This document shows positions 1-8,710 of a stretch of 13,712 bases of DNA, one piece after another. Positions within the stretch are counted from its first letter, which is position 1. Every line of letters starts with the position of its first letter. The notes beneath the pieces were generated by a model. The model ran no database searches. It was given only the letters and a program-made list of their open reading frames with translations, and was not told the DNA's origin. Origin of the DNA: Octopus sinensis (taxonomy: Eukaryota); contig NW_021826066.1 of NCBI RefSeq assembly GCF_006345805.1, positions 1-13,712 on the forward strand. Reading direction: 5' to 3'. The position numbers and the translations under genes were made by a program.

Positions 1-1
1 T

Positions 2-34
<33 letters not shown>
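2..34. repeat. (CT)n microsatellite
   Basis: Near-perfect TC dinucleotide run at the window start. Confidence 0.95.
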
Positions 35-59
35 TCAGTACTGACCTAAAACATCAGGC

Positions 60-377
60 CACACAAATACACATACACAACCACATATATAATGCATATA
101 CACTTAACATACACACACACACATATATACAAACACACATGCGCATATGCACACACACGCACACATATATTGCGTACGTATACACATAACATATATATAT
201 ATATATATATACAAACAAACGCACATACATACGCACACACACAAACATGCACAAACACACACACATATATGTATAATGCATATATACACACAATGTAAAC
301 ACGTACACATATATAAGGCATACACAATAGCACAACATATATATATATATATATATAATATATATATATACGTATGT
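60..377. repeat. Compound (CA)n/(TA)n microsatellite
   Basis: Interleaved CA, TA and CATA runs; accounts for the H/T/Y/I- and C/V-rich ORFs between 46 and 406. Confidence 0.95.
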
Positions 378-490
378 GCATCATGTTGAACCGTTAGTCC
401 CCACACATTTTTTCTCTCTTCGTAATTGTATTTGTCGTTGTCTCTCTCTGTTTTTTTGGGGGGTTTTTTTTGTTGTTCTCAGTCCTTATA

Positions 491-711
491 TACAAGGGCA
501 TGCTGAAAAGTTCAAGGCTTTGAGTAAAAGAAAATACAAGAGGATCAGTTAATTATGATTTTATTGAACCTATTCCCCTCCCAGATTCCCACACTTATTT
601 CAGCGGTCCTTCAGTTTTTCTAAGCCCAGTCAAATAATTCGGAAGTTTGGACATCCATCGAGGCTTTTGGCGATACCCTCAAACCCAGCAACGTTTCACA
701 CCACCCTCGTA
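491..711. mobile_element. Degenerate Tc1/mariner-type MITE (about 217 bp plus TA target duplication)
   Basis: TA at 491-492 and 710-711 flank imperfect terminal inverted repeats: left CAAGGGCATGCTGAAAAGTT, right (reverse complement) CGAGGGTGGTGTGAAACGTT, 13/20 identical. Resembles the mariner-type TA|CGAGGG...TGAAAAGT terminus. No coding capacity. Confidence 0.55.
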
Positions 712-1002
712 TGTGTGTACTTTTGCATTCGTGTCCAAGTTTTAAAGCTGTATAAAACAGTCTTCTTCCAAAATAAGCCTAACTTTTTCCCTTCGATGAA
801 TAGTGTGTGATTAAAATAAGTGTAGATCAGAGATTAGGTGTAGGGTGGCTGTGATCAATTGAGTCCGTTTCAGTAGCACCAATGCATGATTGGAGGTCAT
901 TTGCTGGAAAGTGCAGAAGTGCGAGCAATTGAAAGGAAAATATATTGGGATTACCACTGCCGGAATGCGTGTCATAGCGCCTAAAAAAATAACATGAATT
1001 CC

Positions 1003-1115
1003 TGATCATTTATTTTATCGCTGACAGAAGAAAGACTGGCAAAGTTAAGTTCGATGGTATTTGAATCCAGAATGTGAAAAACTAAATACTGCAAGATATT
1101 CAGGTCTGTGCTCGA
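1003..1115 (-). mobile_element. Highly degraded family-B SINE remnant
   Basis: TTATTTTATCG...GGCAAAGTTAAGTTCGATGGTATTTGAATCCAGAATGT resembles the reverse complement of the family-B core seen elsewhere in the window (GGCAAAGTCGACCTCGGCGGAATTTGAACTCAGAACGT). Boundaries are approximate. Confidence 0.45.
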
Positions 1116-1193
1116 ACCTATTGTACGACGCACTATGCTGCTTGTTATTCCGTTAATGTGTAGCACATCATTTCCTGAAATGCTTCTCTGCAC

Positions 1194-1224
<31 letters not shown>

Positions 1225-1259
1225 CGTTGTTGTTATTGTTGTTGCTGTTGTTGTTGTTT
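1194..1259. repeat. (GTT)n microsatellite
   Basis: About 22 GTT units with a few substitutions. Confidence 0.95.
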
Positions 1260-1296
1260 AGCCTCACATCAGCCTTGACTAATCATATTGATTTCA

Positions 1297-1531
1297 GAAG
1301 GCGGCGAGCAGGCGGAAACGTTAGCATGCCGAGCAAAATGCGTAGCCGTATTTCGTCTGTCGTTACGTTCTGAGTTCAAATTTCGCCGAGGTCGACTTTG
1401 CCTTTCATCCTTTCGGGGTCGATAAATTAAGTACCAGTTACGCACTGGGGTCGATGTAATCGACTTAATCCCTTTACCTGTCCTTGTTTGTCCCCCTCTG
1501 TGTTTAGCCCCTTGTGGGTAGTAAAGAAATA
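1297..1531 (+). mobile_element. Family-B tRNA-derived SINE, full-length monomer with 17-bp TSD
   Basis: GGCGGCGAG head, A-box-like segment, B-box GTTCAAATTTC (1374-1384), core GTCGACTTTGCCTTTCATCCTTTCGGGGTCGATAAATTAAGTACCAG, tail CCCCTTGTGGGTAGTAAAGAAATA. Perfect direct repeat TAATCATATTGATTTCA at 1280-1296 and 1532-1548. Confidence 0.92.
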
Positions 1532-1539
1532 TAATCATA

Positions 1540-1735
1540 TTGATTTCAATTTTTAGCACAAGGCCAGAAATTTCAGTTAGATCGACCCCCGTGCCCAATT
1601 GGTACTTAATTTCTCGACCCCGAATTTGAATTTGAACTCAAAACGGCAGAATTTGAACTCAAAACGTAATGACAGATGAAATGCCGGCAAGCATTTTGCC
1701 TGGCATTACTAATAATTCTGCCAATTCGCCACCTT
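1540..1735 (-). mobile_element. Older family-B-related SINE (alternative 3' tail), interrupted by the 1297-1531 insertion
   Basis: Reverse complement shows an AAGGTGGCGAATTGGCAGAAT head, B-box GAGTTCAAATTC (locally duplicated, 1628-1645 and 1649-1666), and a tail equivalent to those at 3007-3045 and 5713-5750. Confidence 0.8.
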
Positions 1736-2307
1736 AACTTGATTAACCATATTAAACAAAAATGTGTCAGTTATGGCCATTCCATCAATAGTTCGTGGAT
1801 TGCCTATCTAGAACTAATATAATTCTATGCGTTTCACACCACCACTCTTTTTTTTTTTAATTAAGTAGTATGCAATTTGGTAGCTATTAGCAGCTACTTC
1901 TAACAAACCGAACTACCACATACAGGTCGCATTGCTGGCTCGTAAACTCGTGTAATTCATAATGTGGCGGTTATGTATTTGTGGATATGCTGTGTATATA
2001 AACACCATCGTTTGGTATTTTGACCACAAACGATAGAAGTAACGTGAATTGAAATTCTTTGGCGAAGTGGATACGCAAGTTTTTATTTCCAATTGAATTC
2101 ATCGTAATCATTTTGTATTACTGTTGCACCAAATGACTTCGAATTGTATAAGAGCAAGTAATACTGAAGTGAATATATTCAAAAAGTTGGTACCTTTGCT
2201 GTTACAAGCGTTAAGGTATTTGCTGTAGGTCTAAGATGTTGGCAGCTAATCAAACAAGGATTACGACCTTTATCTTTCTGTCACGTATATACACAAACAA
2301 TATCTGA

Positions 2308-2355
2308 GTGTGTGGGTGTGTTGGTGTATGTGTGTGTGTGTGAGTGTGTGTGTGT
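2308..2355. repeat. (TG)n microsatellite
   Basis: Imperfect TG run adjoining the 3' end of a minus-strand SINE. Confidence 0.9.
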
Positions 2356-2597
2356 TATTTTATTCGTTTACTTGTTTCAGTCAGTTGTCTGTGGCCATGC
2401 TGGAGCACCACCTTAAAGGGTATCAGTCATACAAACCGACCTCAGGACATTTCTATTTCAAGCCTGAATCTTATTCTATCGCTTCTTTTCTCGAACTGCT
2501 AAGTTACGGGTACCTAAACACACCAGCAGTGGTTGTCAAGTGCGGATGGAGGGAGACAAACACAAACACAAAGACACAGACGCCACATACATACACA

Positions 2598-2677
<80 letters not shown>

Positions 2678-2841
2678 AATGCGACGGGCTTCTTTCAGTT
2701 TCTATCTACCAAGTCCACTCACAAAGCTTTGGTTGGTCCGAGGCTATAGTAGAAGACACTTAACTCATTGTGCCACACAGCGGGACTGAACCCGGAGCCA
2801 TGTGGTTGGAAAGCAAGTTTCTTACCACATTCGGATGTGCC
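2355..2841 (-). mobile_element. Family-A tRNA-derived SINE, long form with internal (TA)n(TG)n tract
   Basis: Reverse complement of 2682-2841 aligns with 13286-13450 and 8011-8170 (TGTGGTAAG...GGTTCAGTCCC B-box...GTGTCTTCTACTATAGCCTCGG...GAAGCCCGTCG). It continues through the 2586-2677 microsatellite into a 3' body ending GGCCACAGACAACTGACTGAAACAAGTAAA, which matches 7969-8000. Confidence 0.85.
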
Positions 2842-3006
2842 TGTGAGTGTAAGTCCGCACATATGAATAAAATGATTGAGAATTTATTGCCGCAAAACGA
2901 TAACTAGATAATGATCACAGGCTCGTATAACAAAATAAAGACGAAGAATTGTTTTTAAATCCATAAATTCCGAAATGCTAAGTTTTCTTTCGCTGTTATA
3001 ATAAAT

Positions 3007-3196
3007 GGTTCCAAATTTTGGCACAAAGCCAGCAAGTTCTGGGGAGGGTATAAATCGATTGCATTGACCCTAGTGTTCAGCTAGTATTTATATATCATCG
3101 ACTTCAAAAGCAAAGTCTCTCTCGGTGGAATTTGAACTCACAACATAGCTAAGCATTTTGCCCAAGGTGCCAACGATTCTGCCAACTCGCCGCCTT
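3007..3196 (-). mobile_element. Old family-B-related SINE
   Basis: Reverse complement: AAGGCGGCGAGTTGGCAGAATCGTTGGCA head, GAGTTCAAATTCCACCGAG B-box region, tail ...CTTTGTGCCAAAATTTGGAACC. Confidence 0.8.
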
Positions 3197-3256
3197 TTTT
3201 CTTGTTATAATCATTATTAAAGCTTTTGGAGTTCAGTTTCCAGTTCTTCGCCCCCT

Positions 3257-3615
3257 TACACACTCACGCTCGCACACGTACGCACACATATACACTCGTT
3301 CACTCATTCACAAACATAGACACGGACACACAAAAGTGTATGTATATATATGCATGCATGCATGTATGTATGTATGTACGTATGCATGTATGTACTTACG
3401 TACGTATGTATGTATGCATGTATCCACGTATGCACATATGTACGTATATACGTATGTAGGTATGTACGTATGCATGTATGTACATATGCATGTATGTACG
3501 TGTGTATGTATATGTATATTTATATGCATGAATGCATGTATGTATGTACGTATGCATGTATGTATGTATATATATGTATGCATGTACGTATGGATGGATG
3601 GATGGATGGATGGAT
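3257..3615. repeat. Compound (CA)n / (TATG/TACG)n / (GGAT)n microsatellite
   Basis: Tetranucleotide TATG/TGCA/TACG mosaic at about 3336-3590, then GATG repeats to 3615; accounts for the ORFs at 3226-3689. Confidence 0.95.
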
Positions 3616-4232
3616 GTTCTTTTCTTATTTCGATTCCGGTCAGCAGAACTTTTAAAGTGTCTTAAGATTCCTAAGGTTATTGGGCACAAATTATAGAAAA
3701 TCTTCTTTTTATATAAATATCATATGGTAGACATTTTCTCCCCGTAAGATGCCTTGCTGTTAATTCTTTTTGCATTCTTGGCACTTTTAGTGGCAACTAG
3801 ATTAATGTTTATTGGATTCATAGTCGCTACATTGAGTGGGACTAAGTCGGCAGTTCTTGGCATACTTTCTGATGCCGCATTGTTGCCAAGATCCTGAATT
3901 TCATTTGACATAGCATTTGTATGTACTATTAAACCACAGGGAGAGATAAACCAAATAACTATTCTGCTTTCCGTTTAGTGATAGTTGGGTTAAGTTTCAG
4001 TATATTTTTCAACTTCATGTAAAAATCATTTAATGTAGCAAATCAAAAATTGCACCTCAATCCATGAACAACATTAAAAAATATATTAAAGATTCACTCA
4101 TACAATTTCCTATCCTATCCTATCTAAAATGTGAATTGATCCACCCGACTAAAAAGAGATTTTATAGGGTTAGTTAAAGGAATGTTTTAGATTAAACACA
4201 AAAATAAAGCTTAATAGAAACTTTACACAAAA

Positions 4233-4831
4233 AGCGGCGAGCTGGCAGATTCGTTAGCATGCGGGCGAAATGCTTAGCGGTATTTCGTCTGCCATTATGT
4301 TCTAAGTTCAAATTCCGCCGAGGTTGACTTTGCCTTTCATCCTTTCGTGGTCGATAAATTGAGTACCAGTTACGCACTGGAGTCGACGTAATCGACTTAA
4401 TACCTATGTCTGTCCTTGTTTGTCCGCTCTGTGTTTAGCCCCTTGTGGGTGGTAAAGAAATAGGTATTTTGTCTGCCGTTACGTTCTTAGTTCAAATTCC
4501 GCCGAGGTCGACTTTGCCTTTCATCCTTTCGGAGTCGGTAAATTAAGTACCAGTTACGCGCTGGGGTCGATGTAATCGACTTAATACCTTTGTCTGTCCT
4601 TGTTTGTCCTCTCTGTGTTTAGCCCCTTGTGGGTAATAAAGAAATAGGTATTTCGTCTGCCGTTATGTTCTAAGTTCAAATTCCGCCGAGGTTGACTTTG
4701 CCTTTCATCCTTTCGTGGTCGATAAATTGAGTACCAGTTACGCACTGGGGTCGATGTAATCGACTCAATCCATTTGTCTGTCCTTCTTTGTCCCCTCTAA
4801 TGTTTAGCCCCTTGTGGGCAATAAAGAAATA
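4233..4831 (+). mobile_element. Family-B SINE trimer: one head plus three tandem 184-185-bp units, with 17-bp TSD
   Basis: Head 4233-4278; units 4279-4462, 4463-4646 and 4647-4831, each starting GGTATTT and ending AAAGAAATA. Flanking repeat AGAAACTTTACACAAAA (4216-4232) / AGAAACTTTATACAAAA (4832-4848), one mismatch. Confidence 0.92.
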
Positions 4832-5482
4832 AGAAACTTTATACAAAAGTAAACCATTTAAATAAAACAGATCAAATAGAACGCTTAAATCATATAAAAA
4901 GCAGGATAGATAATGTTACTACCAATCCACGCTCTTCACCCATCAAGTGAACAAAATTGCATTAAGCACACCCACCAAACGTATTTTGGTTCCTCTAAAC
5001 AATGAAATAGGATGAGCAACGAAAACATCAGGCCAAAAGACAAACGTTATGCCACGCCTCTCCCAAAAATATTTGGTTCCTAAAACATTGAGGGAGTAAG
5101 AGCCCTATGGTGAGATGGAGTGTTGTTCGAAAAGGAAAGGCAATAGACAAGATTATGATTCTGCTTCATAATACCTTAAAATGCAGAGAGCTGAGACCTT
5201 CTTGTTTAACCTAATGCAAGGAAACAGACATTTAAATCATTAAGACATTATCAGCTGATTAGTAAATGCAAACGGGTTGAAATTACAGTCCATTTATGGG
5301 GTGGAAAGAGATTTTATACTTAAAAATACGATTAAATTTGTTGCTTTAATATTGATTCGTAAGGTCACTTCAACCTGAAAAAGACCTTGATAGATATCAA
5401 AAAAAAGGAAATATAAAATATGTTAGAATATTTATAGATACTTCAATGTATGTATCGACCAGTTTTTCACATACCATTCAGT

Positions 5483-5491
5483 TTTAGGTAC

Positions 5492-5545
<54 letters not shown>

Positions 5546-5700
5546 ATATATATGCGCACGTGCGTGTGTGTGTGTGTATCTATATGTATATGTATATATA
5601 CGCATAGAGAAAGAGAAAAATGGTGAAAAGGACAAACAGATGTATGCAATACATAATACACATATATACACACGCATCTATATACTTATGCATGTGTGTG
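5483..5700. repeat. Compound (TA)n/(TG)n/(CA)n microsatellite region
   Basis: TA run at about 5490-5552, TG run at about 5564-5577, and looser TA/CA downstream. Confidence 0.9.
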
Positions 5701-5712
5701 AAAGGTAATATA

Positions 5713-5926
5713 GGTTTCAAATTTTGGCACAGGTCCAGCAATTTAGGGGAGGGATAAGCCGATTACATCGGTCCCAGTATTCAACTGGTATATATATTTT
5801 ATCGATGGCAAAACGATGGAAAGCAAAGTCGATCAAGGTAGAATTTGAGCTTAGAATGTGAAGTTTGGCGGAACGCAGCTAAACATTTTGCTCGGAGTTC
5901 TAACGATTTTGCCAGATCACCACCTT
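5713..5926 (-). mobile_element. Old family-B-related SINE
   Basis: Reverse complement: AAGGTGGTGATCTGGCAAAATCGTTAGAAC head, degenerate B-box, core and GTGCCAAAATTTGAAACC tail. Confidence 0.75.
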
Positions 5927-6393
5927 CTTTGTGCGAATGATAATATGAACCCTAAGAATGAAAAATTTTTTTTTTAATATTTTGTATATATTACTACTTA
6001 TATTAATTTGAATGGAGTAAATGATCGAAAATATATTTTGCGGTCGCGGTCTGGCTTTCGTTTGAGAAATGCTTGTTCTGTTGAGTACCTTGATTTGTAC
6101 ACGGAGACTTTCGAATTGATCTGTTTCTAAATTATCTACAAACAAGAGATAATCCAAGGGCAGCTGTTTTCTTTTTTGTCTTTTTTTTTTTTGAAAGTTG
6201 TGTAAATAAGAAAGCATTTCGACATTGTTGGTTTATTTCGTTGTTTTAAAATGTCTGGCTTAACTTTTGTCCAAAACGTTAAGATGTAGGGAAAAAAAAC
6301 CTTGAAAAATAACAAGTTAAAGCGAAAGAGAAGAAAGAGAAGAAAAGCCATGTTACGAAACAATAATAAAACCTCTCAAAAAACAATGACTTG

Positions 6394-6395
<2 letters not shown>

Positions 6396-6441
<46 letters not shown>
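6396..6441. repeat. (GA)23 microsatellite
   Basis: Perfect GA run. Confidence 0.97.
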
Positions 6442-6444
<3 letters not shown>

Positions 6445-7244
6445 GAAACAAACAAACAAAGATAAATAATATAAAACACAAAAGGCAAAAAATGATCAAA
6501 TTTAAACGGAAAATAATAACCTTTGCTAAGAGACAAGGAATTTTAGTCGTATTTAACTAGTTATTTTGTTTGTTTGCTCGGTTGTTTTGTTTGTTACTGC
6601 TTACGTTAGGGAATTTTAAATTGGACAGTCTAGGCTCAATTCTTTAAAGTGTTTCAGACTTTTTTCTTTATTTTTTTTGTTCTCATTCTTTCATTCCGTT
6701 GTGAGTTTGTTTTGTTACTTTTTGAAATTTAGACCATTAGTTTGTGTGTTTGTGTATTTTGTGTTGTTTTCTGGGGGGTTTTTTTTTCATTGATATGGGG
6801 TGTGGTGTGTTGTTGATATTATAACAGCAGCCAGCCTTTAAAAGCAAATTGATCTGCAGTATTCCTGATGCAAAAATTACATTGATTTGGGGGAGAATAA
6901 ATTTCTAAAAAAAAATTAAAAAAAGAGAAAATAAAATAAAACTTTAACTGACATGTTTGAAATAACTTTAATCACACTAAAATAATAAATGACCAAGGAA
7001 GTGCATAGATGAGACGCTTGAAATATCACCTGTGATACCGGACTTTTGCGGAAGATTTTGGCTTCTTAAAGTTTGTCAGCCTTGGAAGAATTCTGCCTGA
7101 TTGATATATATAATAATGTCCAGTGCTTTTTACTCAGGTGTCACTGTACTTACCAAACTAGAGATAAGGCAGTCGCAAATGCAAACACACAGAAATGCAC
7201 CTCGATTGACGTGGAACCGCGTAGCCTGTTGGTTATGGTGCTCG

Positions 7245-7644
7245 CGACCCCAGTGCGTAACAGGTACTTATTTAATCCACCCGGAAAGGATGAAAGGCAA
7301 AGTCGACAAATTCCGCCGAGGTCGACTTTGCCTTTCATTCTTTCGGGGTGGATTAAATAAATACCAGTTACGCACTGGGGTCGATATAATCGACTTAATC
7401 CATTTGTCTGTCCTTGTTTGTCCCCTCTGTGTTTAGCCCCTTGTGGCTAGTAAAGAAATAGGTATTTCGTCTGCCGTTACGTTCTGAGTTCAAATTCCGC
7501 CGAGGTCGACTTTGCCTTTCATCCTTTCGCGATGGATTAAATAAGTACCAGTTACGCACTGAGGTCGATATAATCGACTTAATCCGTTTGTCTGTCCTTG
7601 TTTGTCCCCTCTGTGTTTAGCCCCTTGTGGGTAATAAAGAAATA
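7245..7644 (+). mobile_element. Family-B SINE dimer with a 5' inverted (fold-back) arm and degenerate 14-bp TSD
   Basis: 7245-7307 is the reverse complement of 7321-7383 (59/63). Truncated unit 7308-7460, full unit 7461-7644. Flanks GGTTATGGTGCTCG (7231-7244) and GGTTATAGTGTTCG (7645-7658), 12/14 identical. Confidence 0.88.
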
Positions 7645-7968
7645 GGTTATAGTGTTCGGCTCATTATAACAAGGCTGCAGATCCAATTCATGGACTGGTA
7701 GTTGTGTCGAACAAGCTGATGATTCGTTTCATGTAGCTACAATCAACTTAATAGCAAATGAAAATCAGCCAGGTATTAGTGCATCCAAATCAGCCTCCAG
7801 CTATCACAACCAGGCTCATCCTCTGTGATTACTGAAGCAGAATTAGTCAAAGCAAGGATTACTCAATCATAAGTGACAGTTACCTGCTCTTGCCATTGAT
7901 TGTCATATAAAAGTAAGAATTGTTTAGAGAATAAATTATTCAGTGATGGAATTTAATGGAAAAAAAAA

Positions 7969-8003
7969 GGCCGCAGTCAAATGACTGAAACAAGTAAAAG
8001 AGA
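7969..8003 (+). mobile_element. 3'-terminal fragment of the long family-A SINE
   Basis: GGCCGCAGTCAAATGACTGAAACAAGTAAAAG matches the reverse complement of about 2365-2397. Confidence 0.7.
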
Positions 8004-8010
8004 GTAACCA

Positions 8011-8177
8011 GGCGCTGGAGTGATTGTGTGGTAAGAAGATTGCTTACCAACCATATGGTTCCGGGTTCAGTCCCACTGCGTGATACCTTGGACAAGTGTC
8101 TTCTATTATAGCCTCGGGCCACTTGTGAATGGATTTGGTAGACGGAAACTGGAAGAAGCCTGTCGTATATATATATA
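8011..8177 (+). mobile_element. Family-A tRNA-derived SINE (5' module)
   Basis: GGCGCTGGAGTGATTGTGTGGTAAG head, B-box GGTTCAGTCCC, ends GAAGCCTGTCG(TA)n; aligns with 13286-13450 apart from an approximately 10-bp deletion near 8120. Confidence 0.88.
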
Positions 8178-8448
8178 AGCCTCGACTGGCCTCCGTGCAG
8201 GTGGCACGTAAAATGCACCAATCCGACCGTGGCCGATGCCAGCCTCGCCTGGCACCAGTGCAGGTGGCACGTAAAAAGCACCCACTGCACTCACGGAGTG
8301 GTTGGCGTTAGGAAGGGCATCCAGCTGTAGAAACATTGCCAGATAAGACTGGAGCCTGGGGCAGCCTTCTGGCTTCCCAGATCCCCGGTCGAACCGTCCA
8401 ACCCATGCTAGCATGGAGACCGGACGTTAAACGATGATGATGATGATG

Positions 8449-8450
<2 letters not shown>
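8178..8450 (+). mobile_element. 3' part of a non-LTR retroelement/SINE ending in (GAT)n (RTE-like tail, inferred)
   Basis: GC-rich segment with an internal 63-bp-period duplication (GTGCAGGTGGCACGTAAAA at 8195 and 8258), motif TTGGCGTTAGGAAGGGCATCCAGC, and end GGACGTTAAAC(GAT)6. The RTE assignment rests on recollection and on the short tandem-repeat tail. Confidence 0.65.

Positions 8451-8491
<41 letters not shown>
8433..8491. repeat. (GAT)6 plus (TG)20 microsatellites
   Basis: Perfect runs. Confidence 0.95.
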
Positions 8492-8493
<2 letters not shown>

Positions 8494-8505
8494 TTTTTGG
8501 TGTGT

Positions 8506-8710
8506 CTTAATCCGTTTATCTGTCCTTGTTCGTCCCCTCTGTGTTTAGCCCCTTGTGGGTAGTAAAGAAATACGTATTTCGTTTGTCTTTACGCTCTGAG
8601 TTAAAATTCCGCCGAGGTCGACGTTGCCTGTCATCTTTTCGGGGAGGATCTAATCGACTGGCCCCCTCCCCAGAAAATTTCGGGCCTTATGTCTAGAGTA
8701 GAAAAGAATT
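8506..8710 (+). mobile_element. Chimeric family-B SINE dimer (young-type tail joined to a different-subfamily unit)
   Basis: 8506-8572 is the young tail ending AAAGAAATA. 8573 onward is CGTATTTCG... core with an internal deletion and a different tail (TAATCGACTGGCCCCCTCCCC...GGGCCTTATGTCTAGAGTAGAAAAGAA). Confidence 0.78.

Noticed and set aside
827-1193. Minus-strand ORFs 827-1009 and 981-1193
   Set aside because: Short, no recognisable domain, and partly overlapping a degraded SINE remnant.
4279-4831. Regularly spaced repeats resembling a CRISPR array
   Set aside because: Units are contiguous 184-bp SINE bodies with no unique spacers, there are no cas genes, and the context is eukaryotic.
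1269-7436. Recurrent peptide RPRKDERQS(R/Q)PRRNLN in ORFs 1269-1598, 4192-4377, 7073-7360 and related ORFs 7101-7436, 7150-7338
   Set aside because: These are translations of family-B SINE cores; the recurrence reflects DNA repeat copies, not a protein family.
7716-7770. CTGATGA hammerhead core on the plus strand
   Set aside because: No stem II or properly placed GAAAC/NUH follows; likely chance.
7070-7850. Possible decayed coding sequence interrupted by the SINE dimer
   Set aside because: Removing the insertion gives only short open frames with no motif I recognise.
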